This document shows, one piece after another, positions 1 through 8,093 of a DNA stretch of 64,000 bases. The stretch covers positions 192,576-256,575 of the forward strand of contig JBAZZR010000001.1 in the NCBI GenBank assembly GCA_041658665.1, given 5' to 3'. Every line of letters begins with the position of its first letter. Within the stretch, counting starts at the first letter, position 1. Position numbers and translations under genes: made by a program. The notes below the pieces were generated by a model. That model searched no databases, was not told the DNA's origin, and saw only the letters and a program-made list of their open reading frames with translations. The stretch is from Patescibacteria group bacterium. Its GTDB lineage: Bacteria; Patescibacteriota; Patescibacteriia; Patescibacteriales; UBA12465.

Positions 1-386
1 ATTTTCATACTTCAATATCCGTAAACGATTTACAAGAATCACGAGAATTCTACGAATCGGTTTTTAACCTAAAATTCCGTTCTGAAGGGGAAAGGAAAGA
101 AATGAAGTCAAAGTTTTTGAATCTAGAGGATGAAAATCATAATGTCGTGGAATTATTCAAGCACGACAATCCGATTCCTTTATCCGATGACCTAATGGAT
201 ATGCAGAAAGTCGGTATTAAACATTTAGCTTTTATAGTCGATAATATTGAAGAGGTAATAGAGCATTCAAGTAAATATAAATCTAAAGTAATTTGGCCTC
301 CTCAAGAGGGCATAACCCTTAAAAGGATAGCCTTTATTTCTGACCCTAACGGTATCCCCATAGAGCTGGTCGAGCTAAAAGATTAA
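1..386 (+). CDS. VOC (glyoxalase/bleomycin-resistance/dioxygenase) family protein, 5' end cut by window edge
   Basis: The frame is open from nt 3 (FHTSISVNDLQESREFYESVFNLKF...) into listed ORF 102..386. An N-terminal 'HxSxxVxDLxxSxxFY' half and a C-terminal 'GIKHLAFIVDNIEE...DPNGIPIELVE' half are typical paired VOC modules. Confidence 0.7.
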   Translation, partial: FHTSISVNDLQESREFYESVFNLKFRSEGERKEMKSKFLNLEDENHNVVELFKHDNPIPLSDDLMDMQKVGIKHLAFIVDNIEEVIEHSSKYKSKVIWPPQEGITLKRIAFISDPNGIPIELVELKD

Positions 387-412
387 GTTAAACTTATAAT
401 AGGGTAATACTA

Positions 413-442
413 CCGTTTCCAGTGCATCCCACCCTCTCCGCA
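413..442 (+). repeat. Intergenic repeat copy E1 (left half only)
   Basis: CCGTTTCCAGTGCATCCCACCCTCTCCGCA lies 27 nt after the VOC gene stop. Confidence 0.8.
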
Positions 443-465
443 ATTGTAACTTGTCAGATTATTTT

Positions 466-960
466 ATGAAAAATAATATAAAACAAAAAAATATTAAGAT
501 CATAACTATAGATAATGTTGAGCAGATACTCAAATTATATCCGGAAGCGAATAAGGAGCGATTAGCAAAAATTAAGTTTGACGTAAGCAATGATATAGAT
601 AATGCTAGGAAAAGAGATAGAATTATTTTTGGATTGAAGAAAGGCAATGAAGTAGTGGGAACCGCACAATTAGTTTTTAAGGATAAAAAAAAATTTTATG
701 CCGATGGAAAGATAAAAGCCCATATCCATCATGTCAGGGTAATGGAAAATCTTAGGGGAAAAGGTTTGGGCTCACAGTTAATGCGGCATATTGAAGTTGA
801 AGCAATAAAAAAGGGATTTGGTGAAATAACTTTAGGCGTTGAAGAAGATAACAAAAGAGCAGTTATTTTTTATAAGAAGATAGGATTTCAAGAGTTCATG
901 AAAGAAAAGGGGGATGAAGGTGAAATTATAATTGGAATGAAAAAAATTATAGCAAATTGA
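466..960 (+). CDS. GNAT family N-acetyltransferase
   Basis: Acetyl-CoA motif A 'VRVMENLRGKGLGSQLMRHIEVEA' is followed by 'AVIFYKKIGFQEF'. The ORF-track start at 451 is TTG; the first ATG is at 466. Confidence 0.85.
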   Translation: MKNNIKQKNIKIITIDNVEQILKLYPEANKERLAKIKFDVSNDIDNARKRDRIIFGLKKGNEVVGTAQLVFKDKKKFYADGKIKAHIHHVRVMENLRGKGLGSQLMRHIEVEAIKKGFGEITLGVEEDNKRAVIFYKKIGFQEFMKEKGDEGEIIIGMKKIIAN

Positions 961-995
961 AAATAATAGTTATTTATTAGAATTTTTAAATATTA

Positions 996-1037
996 CCATT
1001 CCAAGTGCGTCCCACCCTCTCCGCTAGTATTGGAAAC
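996..1037 (+). repeat. Intergenic repeat copy E2 (hairpin form)
   Basis: CCATTCCAAGTGCGTCCCACCCTCTCCGCTAGTATTGGAAA. TTCCAA/TTGGAA forms the stem around the conserved core. An AAACAAGGTA-AAT-TACCTTGTTT+T terminator hairpin follows at about 1034..1060. Confidence 0.8.
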
Positions 1038-1097
1038 AAGGTAAATTACCTTGTTTTTTGATACTTATGGGGTTAAAATATAGATAAGTTTGAATAT

Positions 1098-2180
1098 ATG
1101 AACAACCTAAGTAAATATTTAAAGCAAGCTGGCAAAGAAGGTCTTAATTTGGCGAGCTCTCGTAAGCTCTCTCTATTGACGGCCAGCTTTATATTTTTTG
1201 CTTATACTAGTTTATTAAATAAATTCTTCGGCTATTCTTATCAGTCAATTGGCGTATATGGTCTAAAAAAACAATCTAACTATCTCATGAACGAGGAACG
1301 TATTGGACGGGTAGTAGGGAAAGTCATAAAAAAAATTGATTTAAGACAATCAATTAGAGATTTGGTAACAATCCTAAATAAACACAAGGTAATAATCTCT
1401 AAACTTGATGGTGAGAATGACCCCTTTGTGGTTCTAAAAACATTATCCGAAATTTATCCAAAAGTTCTGATGCAAGTCGGATTTTATAATTCGATAATGC
1501 GCTACATCAGTAATAATAAAAAGATAGCCGCGAGTTTCGGAGCCTCTGTTAAATTAATTGGGGAAAATAAGGATATTACCGCCGATTTCATTTATAATAA
1601 GATTGAGCCTTTGCTGGACAGGACGGTTAAAAAGATCGGGAGGAAAAACGGTTTTAATGGTGACATATTAAAATTTTTAACTTTAGCCGAATTGAATAAA
1701 TATATTAAACAAAAAAAGTTAAGTCGCAAGCAGATAGATGACCTGGTAGCGCGCCGGAAGGGTTACTTTTATATTTCTTTGGGTAATAAGGACACCATTT
1801 TTGTAGGAAAAAATATTGTTGATAGAGTTGACGCTCATTTTTCCGCAAAAGATATCAGAAAGGGAAACGTAATTTCTGGAATATCGGCCTACCCCGGGCT
1901 TGTAAAGGGGAGGGTGTATAAGACATTCCACGGTTTAAAATTAAGCAAGCCTGGCTATGTATTAGTCACTAACATCACTAAACCTTCCGATGCTCCCTAT
2001 TTGAAAAAATTTTCAGCAATCGTTACGGATGAGGGTGGTATTTTGTCCCATGTAGCAGTAATAAGTCGTGAACTCAAAATACCATGTATTATGAGCACAA
2101 AGATTGCAACAAAAGTTTTAAAAAATAATACACTTGTAGAAGTAAATGCAAATAAAGGAATAGTTAAGATATTAAAATAA
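1098..2180 (+). CDS. PEP-utilising enzyme mobile (swivel phospho-histidine) domain protein
   Basis: The C-terminal ~80 aa 'AYPGLVKGRVY...AIVTDEGGILSHVAVISRELKIPCIM' match the GGxxSHxAIxxRExxIP swivel-domain signature. The N-terminal ~270 aa were not recognised. Confidence 0.6.
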   Translation: MNNLSKYLKQAGKEGLNLASSRKLSLLTASFIFFAYTSLLNKFFGYSYQSIGVYGLKKQSNYLMNEERIGRVVGKVIKKIDLRQSIRDLVTILNKHKVIISKLDGENDPFVVLKTLSEIYPKVLMQVGFYNSIMRYISNNKKIAASFGASVKLIGENKDITADFIYNKIEPLLDRTVKKIGRKNGFNGDILKFLTLAELNKYIKQKKLSRKQIDDLVARRKGYFYISLGNKDTIFVGKNIVDRVDAHFSAKDIRKGNVISGISAYPGLVKGRVYKTFHGLKLSKPGYVLVTNITKPSDAPYLKKFSAIVTDEGGILSHVAVISRELKIPCIMSTKIATKVLKNNTLVEVNANKGIVKILK

Positions 2181-2291
2181 GTTTAACATCGTTCCAACTA
2201 CGTCCCACCCTCTCCGCAGATTAAAACAGTTCTAATATTAGAGCTATTTTTTATAAGGAGTTTATCACTTTGGAACGGTTTATGTTATAAT
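2181..2291 (+). repeat. Intergenic repeat copy E3 (complete: left half + right half)
   Basis: GTTTAACATCGTTCCAACTACGTCCCACCCTCTCCGCAG ... GAGCTATTTTTTATAAGGAGTTTATCACTTTGGAACGGTTTATGTTATAAT. The ends are imperfect inverted repeats (GTTTAACAT-CGTTCCAA vs TTGGAACG-GTTT-ATGTTATAA). Confidence 0.8.
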
Positions 2292-2308
2292 TAAATAAAT
2301 TAATATTT

Positions 2309-2905
2309 ATGACAAAGTATATTCTTAATTCTGGTGGACTAAAAAATTTCCCCGAAAAAGAAAAAAAATTTAATAAAGAAATAGTTAAAAAATTGAGTAA
2401 AACACCCAGTATTTTATTTTGCTATTTTGCGGTTCCTCGCGAACACTGGGAAGAGAAATTTGCTCGGCACGCAGAGCATTTTTTGGAATCAATGGATAAA
2501 GATATTAGGCCAGAGTTTGAGTTAGCTCTCCCGGACAAATTCATTAATCAGTTAAAAAATAATGATGCCATTATAATACACGGCGGGGACGACAAACTGC
2601 TATTGTATTGGCTAAAACAATATAATTTGCCAGAAATTTGGGAAGGCAAAGTCGTTGCTGGTAGTTCGGCGGGTTCGGATGCCTTAGTCAAACATTTTTG
2701 GACTTGTGATTGGCGCCTGATTATGGATGGCCTAGGAATATTACCAATTAAGTTTATACCTCATTATAAGTCATTATATGGGCAAAACGACCCCCGAGGC
2801 TCCATAGACTGGGAAAGTGCTTACAAAAAATTAGAGGAATATGGAAATAAATCTTTGCCAATTCATGCTTTAGAGGAGGGTAATTTTATTGTTATTGAGC
2901 AATAA
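2309..2905 (+). CDS. Peptidase S51 (dipeptidase E/cyanophycinase-like) family protein
   Basis: 'IIIHGGDDKLLL...VVAGSSAGSDAL' carries the nucleophile-elbow Ser in G-S-S-A-G, and a downstream 'FIPHY' His is present. The size of about 200 aa is typical of the family. Confidence 0.6.
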   Translation: MTKYILNSGGLKNFPEKEKKFNKEIVKKLSKTPSILFCYFAVPREHWEEKFARHAEHFLESMDKDIRPEFELALPDKFINQLKNNDAIIIHGGDDKLLLYWLKQYNLPEIWEGKVVAGSSAGSDALVKHFWTCDWRLIMDGLGILPIKFIPHYKSLYGQNDPRGSIDWESAYKKLEEYGNKSLPIHALEEGNFIVIEQ

Positions 2906-3010
2906 GCGTTTCCCAGTGTGTCCTATCCTCTTCGCAGTTTGGGAATAGCTCTAAAGATGGGCTATGCTTGGCAAGGAGAATTGAGCTTTGGAACGACTGG
3001 TGCTAATATT
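2906..3010 (+). repeat. Intergenic repeat copy E4 (divergent, complete)
   Basis: GCGTTTCCCAGTGTGTCCTATCCTCTTCGCAGTTTGGGAA has a TTCCCA/TGGGAA stem that is compensatory relative to E2. The right half is GGGCTATGCTTGGCAAGGAGAATTGAGCTTTGGAACGACTGGTGCTAATATT. Confidence 0.7.
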
Positions 3011-3069
3011 AAGATAATTATAAAAATTATTTACTCAAGACATTATAAGTTGCCCCTGGCAAAATTAAT

Positions 3070-3765
3070 ATGAACTTATCAAATAAGGTGGTAGTGATTA
3101 TCGGTGGGAGTCGTGGTTTTGGGGAACAGTTAGCCAAAAGTTTTATTAAGGAAGGGGCAAAAGTTGTAATTGCTAGTAAATCAGAGGATATGATTGTTTC
3201 CACAGCTAAAGCAATAGGGGCGATACCTTTTGTAGTTGATGTAAGAAGTGAGCCTGAAATTAGAAATTTAGCTTTAAAAGTCACTGAACAACTGGGAGCC
3301 ATTGATATATGGATTAATTGTGCTGGTGTTTTTAAAATTTTTCCTAAAGACGAATTGATTGATATGAATCGTGCTCACGAAATGTTTGATATTAATTTTT
3401 TTGGAGTTGTATTTGGTTCTCGTGCGGCCCTTTTATATATGCAAGAAAAAGGGGGAGTTATTATTAGTATTATTTCCAGCGCTGCACTCGATGCTACACG
3501 ATCTAAAAATGCGAAATTGTATGCCGCTAGTAAATGGGCTGTTCGTGGATATGTTGAGGCTCTGCGTGGCGAAAATACAAATAGTAATATTCAGATATAC
3601 TCTGTGTATCCCGGCGGTATGAAAACCCATTTGCACGACGAAGCTTTACCGGCAGATTTTGATAATTTTATGGAACCTAGTATTGTGGCTGATAAAGTTT
3701 TAGACAATTTAAAGAAAGAAGTACCGGAACAAGATCTTATTATCAAAAGACCGATTGTGCACTAA
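3070..3765 (+). CDS. Short-chain dehydrogenase/reductase (SDR) family oxidoreductase
   Basis: Contains the Rossmann motif 'VVIIGGSRGFG', 'NCAG', and the catalytic 'YAASKWAVRGY' (YxxxK). Confidence 0.9.
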   Translation: MNLSNKVVVIIGGSRGFGEQLAKSFIKEGAKVVIASKSEDMIVSTAKAIGAIPFVVDVRSEPEIRNLALKVTEQLGAIDIWINCAGVFKIFPKDELIDMNRAHEMFDINFFGVVFGSRAALLYMQEKGGVIISIISSAALDATRSKNAKLYAASKWAVRGYVEALRGENTNSNIQIYSVYPGGMKTHLHDEALPADFDNFMEPSIVADKVLDNLKKEVPEQDLIIKRPIVH

Positions 3766-3780
3766 TACTAGCTACCCATA

Positions 3781-3808
3781 TTCCAACTACGTCCCACCCT
3801 CTCCGCAG
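3781..3808 (+). repeat. Intergenic repeat copy E5 (left half)
   Basis: TTCCAACTACGTCCCACCCTCTCCGCAG is identical to the E3 core over 28 nt. Confidence 0.85.
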
Positions 3809-3841
3809 TAAGACAAAAATAGGGCGAAAGCCTTATATGTC

Positions 3842-3870
3842 TTGACAAGGCTTTTAATATTGTATATACT
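3842..3870 (+). promoter_or_regulatory. Promoter of TA operon 1 (TTGACA-17-TATACT) with downstream direct repeats
   Basis: Consensus -35, a 17-nt spacer and TATACT. AGTATGTA is repeated at 3872..3879 and 3883..3890 and is a candidate operator. Confidence 0.55.
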
Positions 3871-3912
3871 AAGTATGTACAAAGTATGTATTAATTTATA
3901 AATAATAAAAAT

Positions 3913-4188
3913 ATGGACTCAACAGTTATCAACATAAAAACAGACATTAAAGTAAAAAAGGAGGCTCAAAAAATAGCCGCTGATTTGGGTTTGAGTTTAA
4001 GCGGGGCAATTAATGGGTTTCTAAAACAACTTATTCGCAATAAAGCGGTTTTGTTTACTTTAAATGAAGATACGCCGAGCGATTATTTATTATCTTCCAT
4101 TAAAGAATCAAGGGACGAGAGAAGGGCGGGAAAGTTTTATTCTTTTAAAAATAATCAGGCCGCTGTTAGTTTTTTGGATAATAAATAA
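3913..4188 (+). CDS. Type II antitoxin, RelB/DinJ family
   Basis: The ribbon-helix-helix-like N-terminus 'INIKTDIKVKKEAQKIAADLGLSLSGAINGFLKQLI' is present. The gene is 91 aa and ends 3 nt before the toxin gene. Confidence 0.75.
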   Translation: MDSTVINIKTDIKVKKEAQKIAADLGLSLSGAINGFLKQLIRNKAVLFTLNEDTPSDYLLSSIKESRDERRAGKFYSFKNNQAAVSFLDNK

Positions 4189-4191
4189 TCT

Positions 4192-4458
4192 ATGCAGATT
4201 GAATATTCCAAAAAATTTATTAAAGAATTCAAAAAATGTCCAGCCAATGTAAAAACTAATTTTAAGGCAAGATTAGAAATCTTTGTTAATGACCAATATC
4301 ATTCTATATTAAATAATCATCCATTGATTGGCGAATTAAGGAATTATCGAAGTCTTAATATTACTGGTGATTGGCGGGCTATTTTTGAAGAAGTGGGTGG
4401 CGGCCAAATGATTTATTTTGTGGCCATTGGTACACACAGCCATTTATATTCTTCTTAA
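4192..4458 (+). CDS. Type II toxin, RelE/ParE (mRNA interferase) family
   Basis: 88 aa with 'L.G.LR.YRSLNITGDWRAIF...IYFVAIGTHSHLY', typical of RelE/StbE toxins. It lies immediately downstream of the antitoxin. Confidence 0.75.
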   Translation: MQIEYSKKFIKEFKKCPANVKTNFKARLEIFVNDQYHSILNNHPLIGELRNYRSLNITGDWRAIFEEVGGGQMIYFVAIGTHSHLYSS

Positions 4459-4465
4459 ATATAGA

Positions 4466-4560
4466 TTTCTACTACATTCCGCCCTCTCCGCAGAACGGGA
4501 CGAAGCGAGTCTAAAAGCTCACTTCGTCCTTTTGTTTACGGGGGTTTTCGCCAGTTCTAG
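4466..4560 (+). repeat. Intergenic repeat copy E6 (long form with terminator hairpin)
   Basis: TTTCTACTACATTCCGCCCTCTCCGCAGAACGGGACGAAGCGAG...CTCACTTCGTCCTTTTGTTT...CAGTTCTAGCC. The terminator is at 4497..4537. Confidence 0.75.
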
Positions 4561-4716
4561 CCTAAAGCAACACTTCTTGATGATAATACAATTTTGGAGT
4601 AAACTTTAGACATAAACTCTATCAACTTAAAAAATGAAGGATAATAATATTACAATTGTGGCTAACACGGAAACTTTGTTTCGTTTAATCCAATCAATCT
4701 CTTCCAAAAAAGCAGT

Positions 4717-5337
4717 ATGCCGCTAATTATTGGAACAAAGAATAAGGCTAAAATTGAACAGATAAAAAGTGCTTTGAATTCTTTAAACTTTGATATTCAA
4801 GAATTACCAGATCAGGAATTTCCTGAAATTAGAGAAAATGGCCAGACCGCTTTGGATAATGCGCGCTTAAAGGCCCTCGCCTATACTCAACTTATTCGGC
4901 GACCAATTCTTTCTATGGATAATGCACTTTACCTTGAAGGTCTAGCCGATGACAGGCAACCAGGTACACACGTTCGGCACATCAGTAATAGAATAGATAG
5001 ACCGAGTGATGATGAAATTATCGATTATTATTCCAAATTAATCAGCGAATTAGGCAATAAAATAACAGGCTATTGGGAGTACGGCGTTTGCGTAGCTACT
5101 CCCGACGGGAAGACGCAAGAAATAGTTTTTAGATCTCCGCGTATTTTTGTTAGTTGTCCAAGTTCTCAAGTAATAGCTGGTTATCCTTTAGAATCTTTGC
5201 AAATTGATCCAGACACTGGTAAATATTGTTCGGAGATGACTCAATCTGAAAAGGATACATTCTATCTAGAGCGGAGTATAGTCGGCCAGAAATTACGTGA
5301 ATTTATTATTAATTTACCTAATCATTTTGTGAATTAA
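4717..5337 (+). CDS. Ham1/RdgB-like non-canonical purine NTP pyrophosphatase family protein (divergent)
   Basis: The N-terminus 'IIGTKNKAKIEQIK' resembles xTxNxxKxxE, 'ENGQTALDNARLKA' resembles E.G.T...NA..KA, and 'SMDNALYLEGL...PGTHVRH' follows. The resemblance is by motif only. Confidence 0.5.
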   Translation: MPLIIGTKNKAKIEQIKSALNSLNFDIQELPDQEFPEIRENGQTALDNARLKALAYTQLIRRPILSMDNALYLEGLADDRQPGTHVRHISNRIDRPSDDEIIDYYSKLISELGNKITGYWEYGVCVATPDGKTQEIVFRSPRIFVSCPSSQVIAGYPLESLQIDPDTGKYCSEMTQSEKDTFYLERSIVGQKLREFIINLPNHFVN

Positions 5338-5371
5338 TTGGCATTTTTATCTAAAGTATTAATAATTATTT

Positions 5372-6097
5372 ATGCAAAAAGACATTTCTATTAAATCTAA
5401 AGATAAAAAATTCAGAATATATGGCACATTTGATGAGTTGGTAAAATCAGAATCGCTTATTATATTTGTACATGGATTAACTGGCAATAAGAATCACCAC
5501 CAGTTCTATAATGCTGCTAAATATTTTACTAAACATAAATATTCAACATATAGATTTAATTTATACTCAGGTGAGAAGAACGGCAGAAGCCTAGAGGACT
5601 GTACAATTAGTACGCACACGGAAGATCTAAATGAAGTAGTTAAGTACTTTAAATCTAAATTTAAAAATATTTATTTAGTTGGGCATAGTCTTGGTGGTCC
5701 CGTTATTTTAAATGCTAATTTATCAGCTATTAGTAGAATTGTTTTATGGGATCCATCCGTCAAGACAAAAACTGAAGATGACGAATTTAATTGGTATAGT
5801 TTTAACAAAAGCCTTAATGCTTATGTCGCCAGTTGGGGTATTAGTTACGTCGTAAGTAAAGGCCTATTTAAGGAATGGAATAATTTAGATTATGATAAAT
5901 GGGTTGAAAATTGCACAATGCCGCTTAAAATAGTTTGTGCTGGCGACGGGATACTTAAGGGTGAATGGAAAAACCTTATTAAAAAGTTTAAGGTTGAAAA
6001 GGAATTAATAGTTATTAAAAATGCCGGGCATTGTTTCGATGAAGGTGATACTGAAAAAGAGCTATTTATTGAAAGTTTGTCTTGGTTTAAAAAATAA
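5372..6097 (+). CDS. Alpha/beta hydrolase
   Basis: Contains 'IIFVHGLTGNKNHH' (oxyanion region), the nucleophile elbow 'LVGHSLGG' (GxSxG) and a C-terminal 'NAGHCF' His. Confidence 0.8.
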   Translation: MQKDISIKSKDKKFRIYGTFDELVKSESLIIFVHGLTGNKNHHQFYNAAKYFTKHKYSTYRFNLYSGEKNGRSLEDCTISTHTEDLNEVVKYFKSKFKNIYLVGHSLGGPVILNANLSAISRIVLWDPSVKTKTEDDEFNWYSFNKSLNAYVASWGISYVVSKGLFKEWNNLDYDKWVENCTMPLKIVCAGDGILKGEWKNLIKKFKVEKELIVIKNAGHCFDEGDTEKELFIESLSWFKK

Positions 6098-6133
6098 GAT
6101 CATTCTAACTAAAAGAATTGATAAAATAAATTT

Positions 6134-6595
6134 ATGACTTCATACAAACACACCCAAATTGGCTATCTGATGCTGGTGGTTACGCTGGCCGTGTTGGCGC
6201 TCTTCGCGTGGGCTTATATTACGGCCAGGGCTGAGCCACCTTCGTACTACTCCGGTACCAATTTTCTCGTCACTACTATAATGATTTTAATCCTGTGTAC
6301 TCTGGCCTCGTTTGTCACGTTGACAACGTCGATTGATGAAAATTATCTTCGGATTAAATTTGGTTACGGAATTTTCGCTAAGAAGTTCGCGCTTAATCAG
6401 ATAGCTTCGGTTCAAGTAGTAAAGAATCACTGGTATTACGGTTGGGGAATGCGAGTCTGGTTCTGGCCGTATATGTGGATTTATAATGTTTCCGGTTTTG
6501 GGGCGGTTGAGATAATTATGAAAAATGGGAAAGTTTATCGCCTAGGAACGGATGTTCCCGAAGAATTGGAAACTGCAGTCAAAAAAGTTTTATAA
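6134..6595 (+). CDS. Hypothetical membrane protein (2 predicted TM helices)
   Basis: Two hydrophobic stretches (LMLVVTLAVLALFAWAYI and VTTIMILILCTLASFVTL). The gene is visibly GC-richer than its neighbours. No family was recognised. Confidence 0.5.
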   Translation: MTSYKHTQIGYLMLVVTLAVLALFAWAYITARAEPPSYYSGTNFLVTTIMILILCTLASFVTLTTSIDENYLRIKFGYGIFAKKFALNQIASVQVVKNHWYYGWGMRVWFWPYMWIYNVSGFGAVEIIMKNGKVYRLGTDVPEELETAVKKVL

Positions 6596-6636
6596 TAATC
6601 CTATTAAAATAGGATTATTTTTGTTATTCTTAAAAT

Positions 6637-7602
6637 ATGTTTTACCCTTTAGAACTATTGGCCGACTGGCTAACTCACTCAGTTTTAAATATCACTCCTA
6701 ATACACTACTAGCTAGTGCTTTAAACTTTTTTATCGCTGATGTCCTTAAAATATTTATTTTGCTTTTTGTTATTATTTTTGTCGTTTCCTTCATTCGTAC
6801 TTATTTACCGCCGGAAAAAGTTCGATTGTTTCTAGCCAAGAAAAATAGATTAACTGGCCATATTTTAGCCTCGCTTTTAGGGATTGTAACGCCTTTCTGT
6901 TCTTGCTCGGCCGTACCTTTATTCTTAGGGTTTATTGAGGCGGGCGTACCGCTCGGCGTTACCTTTTCTTTTCTGGTTGCTTCACCGATGATTAATGAAG
7001 TCGCTCTGGTCTTATTAATAGGTCTCTTCGGTTGGAAAATAGCTCTAACCTATATTATCAGCGGCTTACTTATCGCCATTGTCTCAGGATTGATCATCGG
7101 CCGCTTAAAGGTTGAACATTTAGTGGCTGACTTTGTTTGGCGAAATAAGCCAAAAAATAATACAATTTCTGAAACTAAAATGAGCCAGCCTGAAAGGATG
7201 ACTTACGCCTTAAATTATGCCGTTGATATTTTTAAAAATGTTTGGCTTTATATCATAACTGGTGTTGGCATTGGCGCTTGGATTCATGGCTATGTGCCAG
7301 CTGATTTTCTGGCTCAATATGCTGGAGCGGACAAATGGTATGCCGTTCCTTTGGCCACTATAATCGGTATTCCGCTCTATTCCAATGCCGCTGGGGTTAT
7401 TCCTTTAGTTAGCGCCTTAACAGAGAAGGGGGTCGCAATGGGCACAACATTGGCTTTTATGATGGCTGTTACCGCCTTGTCTATACCAGAATTTATGATT
7501 TTAAAGAAAGTAATGAAAACTAAATTGATTTTCATTTTTGCCACGATTGTCGGTTTAGGGATAATATTCACTGGTTATTTATTTAACATTATTCTAAAAT
7601 AG
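6637..7602 (+). CDS. Permease of the DUF318/ArsP-like family
   Basis: Polytopic membrane protein carrying the signature 'GIVTPFCSCSAVPLFLGFIEAGVPLG' (CxC-x-x-x-P motif of this permease family). Confidence 0.7.
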   Translation: MFYPLELLADWLTHSVLNITPNTLLASALNFFIADVLKIFILLFVIIFVVSFIRTYLPPEKVRLFLAKKNRLTGHILASLLGIVTPFCSCSAVPLFLGFIEAGVPLGVTFSFLVASPMINEVALVLLIGLFGWKIALTYIISGLLIAIVSGLIIGRLKVEHLVADFVWRNKPKNNTISETKMSQPERMTYALNYAVDIFKNVWLYIITGVGIGAWIHGYVPADFLAQYAGADKWYAVPLATIIGIPLYSNAAGVIPLVSALTEKGVAMGTTLAFMMAVTALSIPEFMILKKVMKTKLIFIFATIVGLGIIFTGYLFNIILK

Positions 7603-7632
7603 GATTATAATTTTGCTGAAGCTAGGTTTATA

Positions 7633-7736
7633 ACCGTTCTAACTATATCCCTCACTCTCCGCAGAACGGGACGAAATAGGCTAAACAAGCTTATTTCGTC
7701 CTTTTGTTATAGGAGCATTCGTCAGTTCGAACCTGG
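7633..7736 (+). repeat. Intergenic repeat copy E7 (long form with terminator hairpin)
   Basis: CCGTTCTAACTATATCCCTCACTCTCCGCAGAACGGGACGAAATAGG...CTTATTTCGTCCTTTTGTTATAGG...CAGTTCGAACC. A CCGTTCT/AGAACGG stem encloses the core. The terminator is at 7668..7708. Confidence 0.75.
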
Positions 7737-7749
7737 CTATTTCTATGTA

Positions 7750-7778
7750 TTGACAATTTATTGAAAATGCAATACAAT
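7750..7778 (+). promoter_or_regulatory. Promoter of dinJ-yafQ operon (TTGACA-17-TACAAT)
   Basis: Consensus -35, a 17-nt spacer and TACAAT, 28 nt upstream of ATG 7806. Confidence 0.55.
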
Positions 7779-7805
7779 AAAATTATAATTATTATCTATA
7801 AAAAT

Positions 7806-8090
7806 ATGATTACTACAAATAATGAACAAATTCAAATTCGCATTGATTCTAAAACTAAAAATGAAGCGAAGAAGATTTTGGATAGCTTAGGCATGGACAT
7901 GAGCTCGGCGATTAAAATTTTTTTTCGTCAAATAATCAATACTAAAAATTTTCCTTGTGAATTGAGGGACGAGAACGGATTTACTTTACGAAATGCCGAA
8001 ATTTTACGTAAATCAATTGCTAGTGCCAGAAATAGTAATAAATCTTTTAATAAGGGATTAGCGCTTATTAAGGATGCCTTACATGATTGA
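7806..8090 (+). CDS. dinJ: Type II antitoxin, DinJ/RelB family
   Basis: Contains 'IQIRIDSKTKNEAKKILDSLGMDMSSAIKIFFRQII'. ATG 7806 is preferred over the TTG at 7761, because the TTGACA-17-TACAAT promoter at 7750..7778 would put the TSS downstream of 7761. Confidence 0.8.
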   Translation: MITTNNEQIQIRIDSKTKNEAKKILDSLGMDMSSAIKIFFRQIINTKNFPCELRDENGFTLRNAEILRKSIASARNSNKSFNKGLALIKDALHD

Positions 8091-8093
8091 TTT

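Noticed and set aside
4418-4609. 63-aa ORF covering repeat copy E6, and the 4064..4252 ORF overlapping the antitoxin/toxin genes.
   Set aside because: The first is a translation of the intergenic repeat plus terminator hairpin. The second is out of frame inside the TA genes. Neither has an RBS or recognisable features.
4634-4726. A 30-codon ORF (MKDNNITIVANTETLFRLIQ...) overlapping the start of the Ham1-like gene, which could indicate a frameshifted longer N-terminus.
   Set aside because: The Ham1-family N-terminal motif (IIGTKNKAKIEQ) begins right at ATG 4717, so no upstream extension is needed. The small ORF is in a different frame and has no recognisable similarity.
7712-7736. tRNA-like 'CAGTTCGAACC' (T-loop-like) in E7, with CAGTTCTAGCC in E6, which could indicate a tRNA gene fragment or an integration att site.
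   Set aside because: No acceptor stem, anticodon arm or CCA-proximal sequence can be folded around it, and only a GTTCGAA-like heptamer matches. I treat it as part of the repeat.
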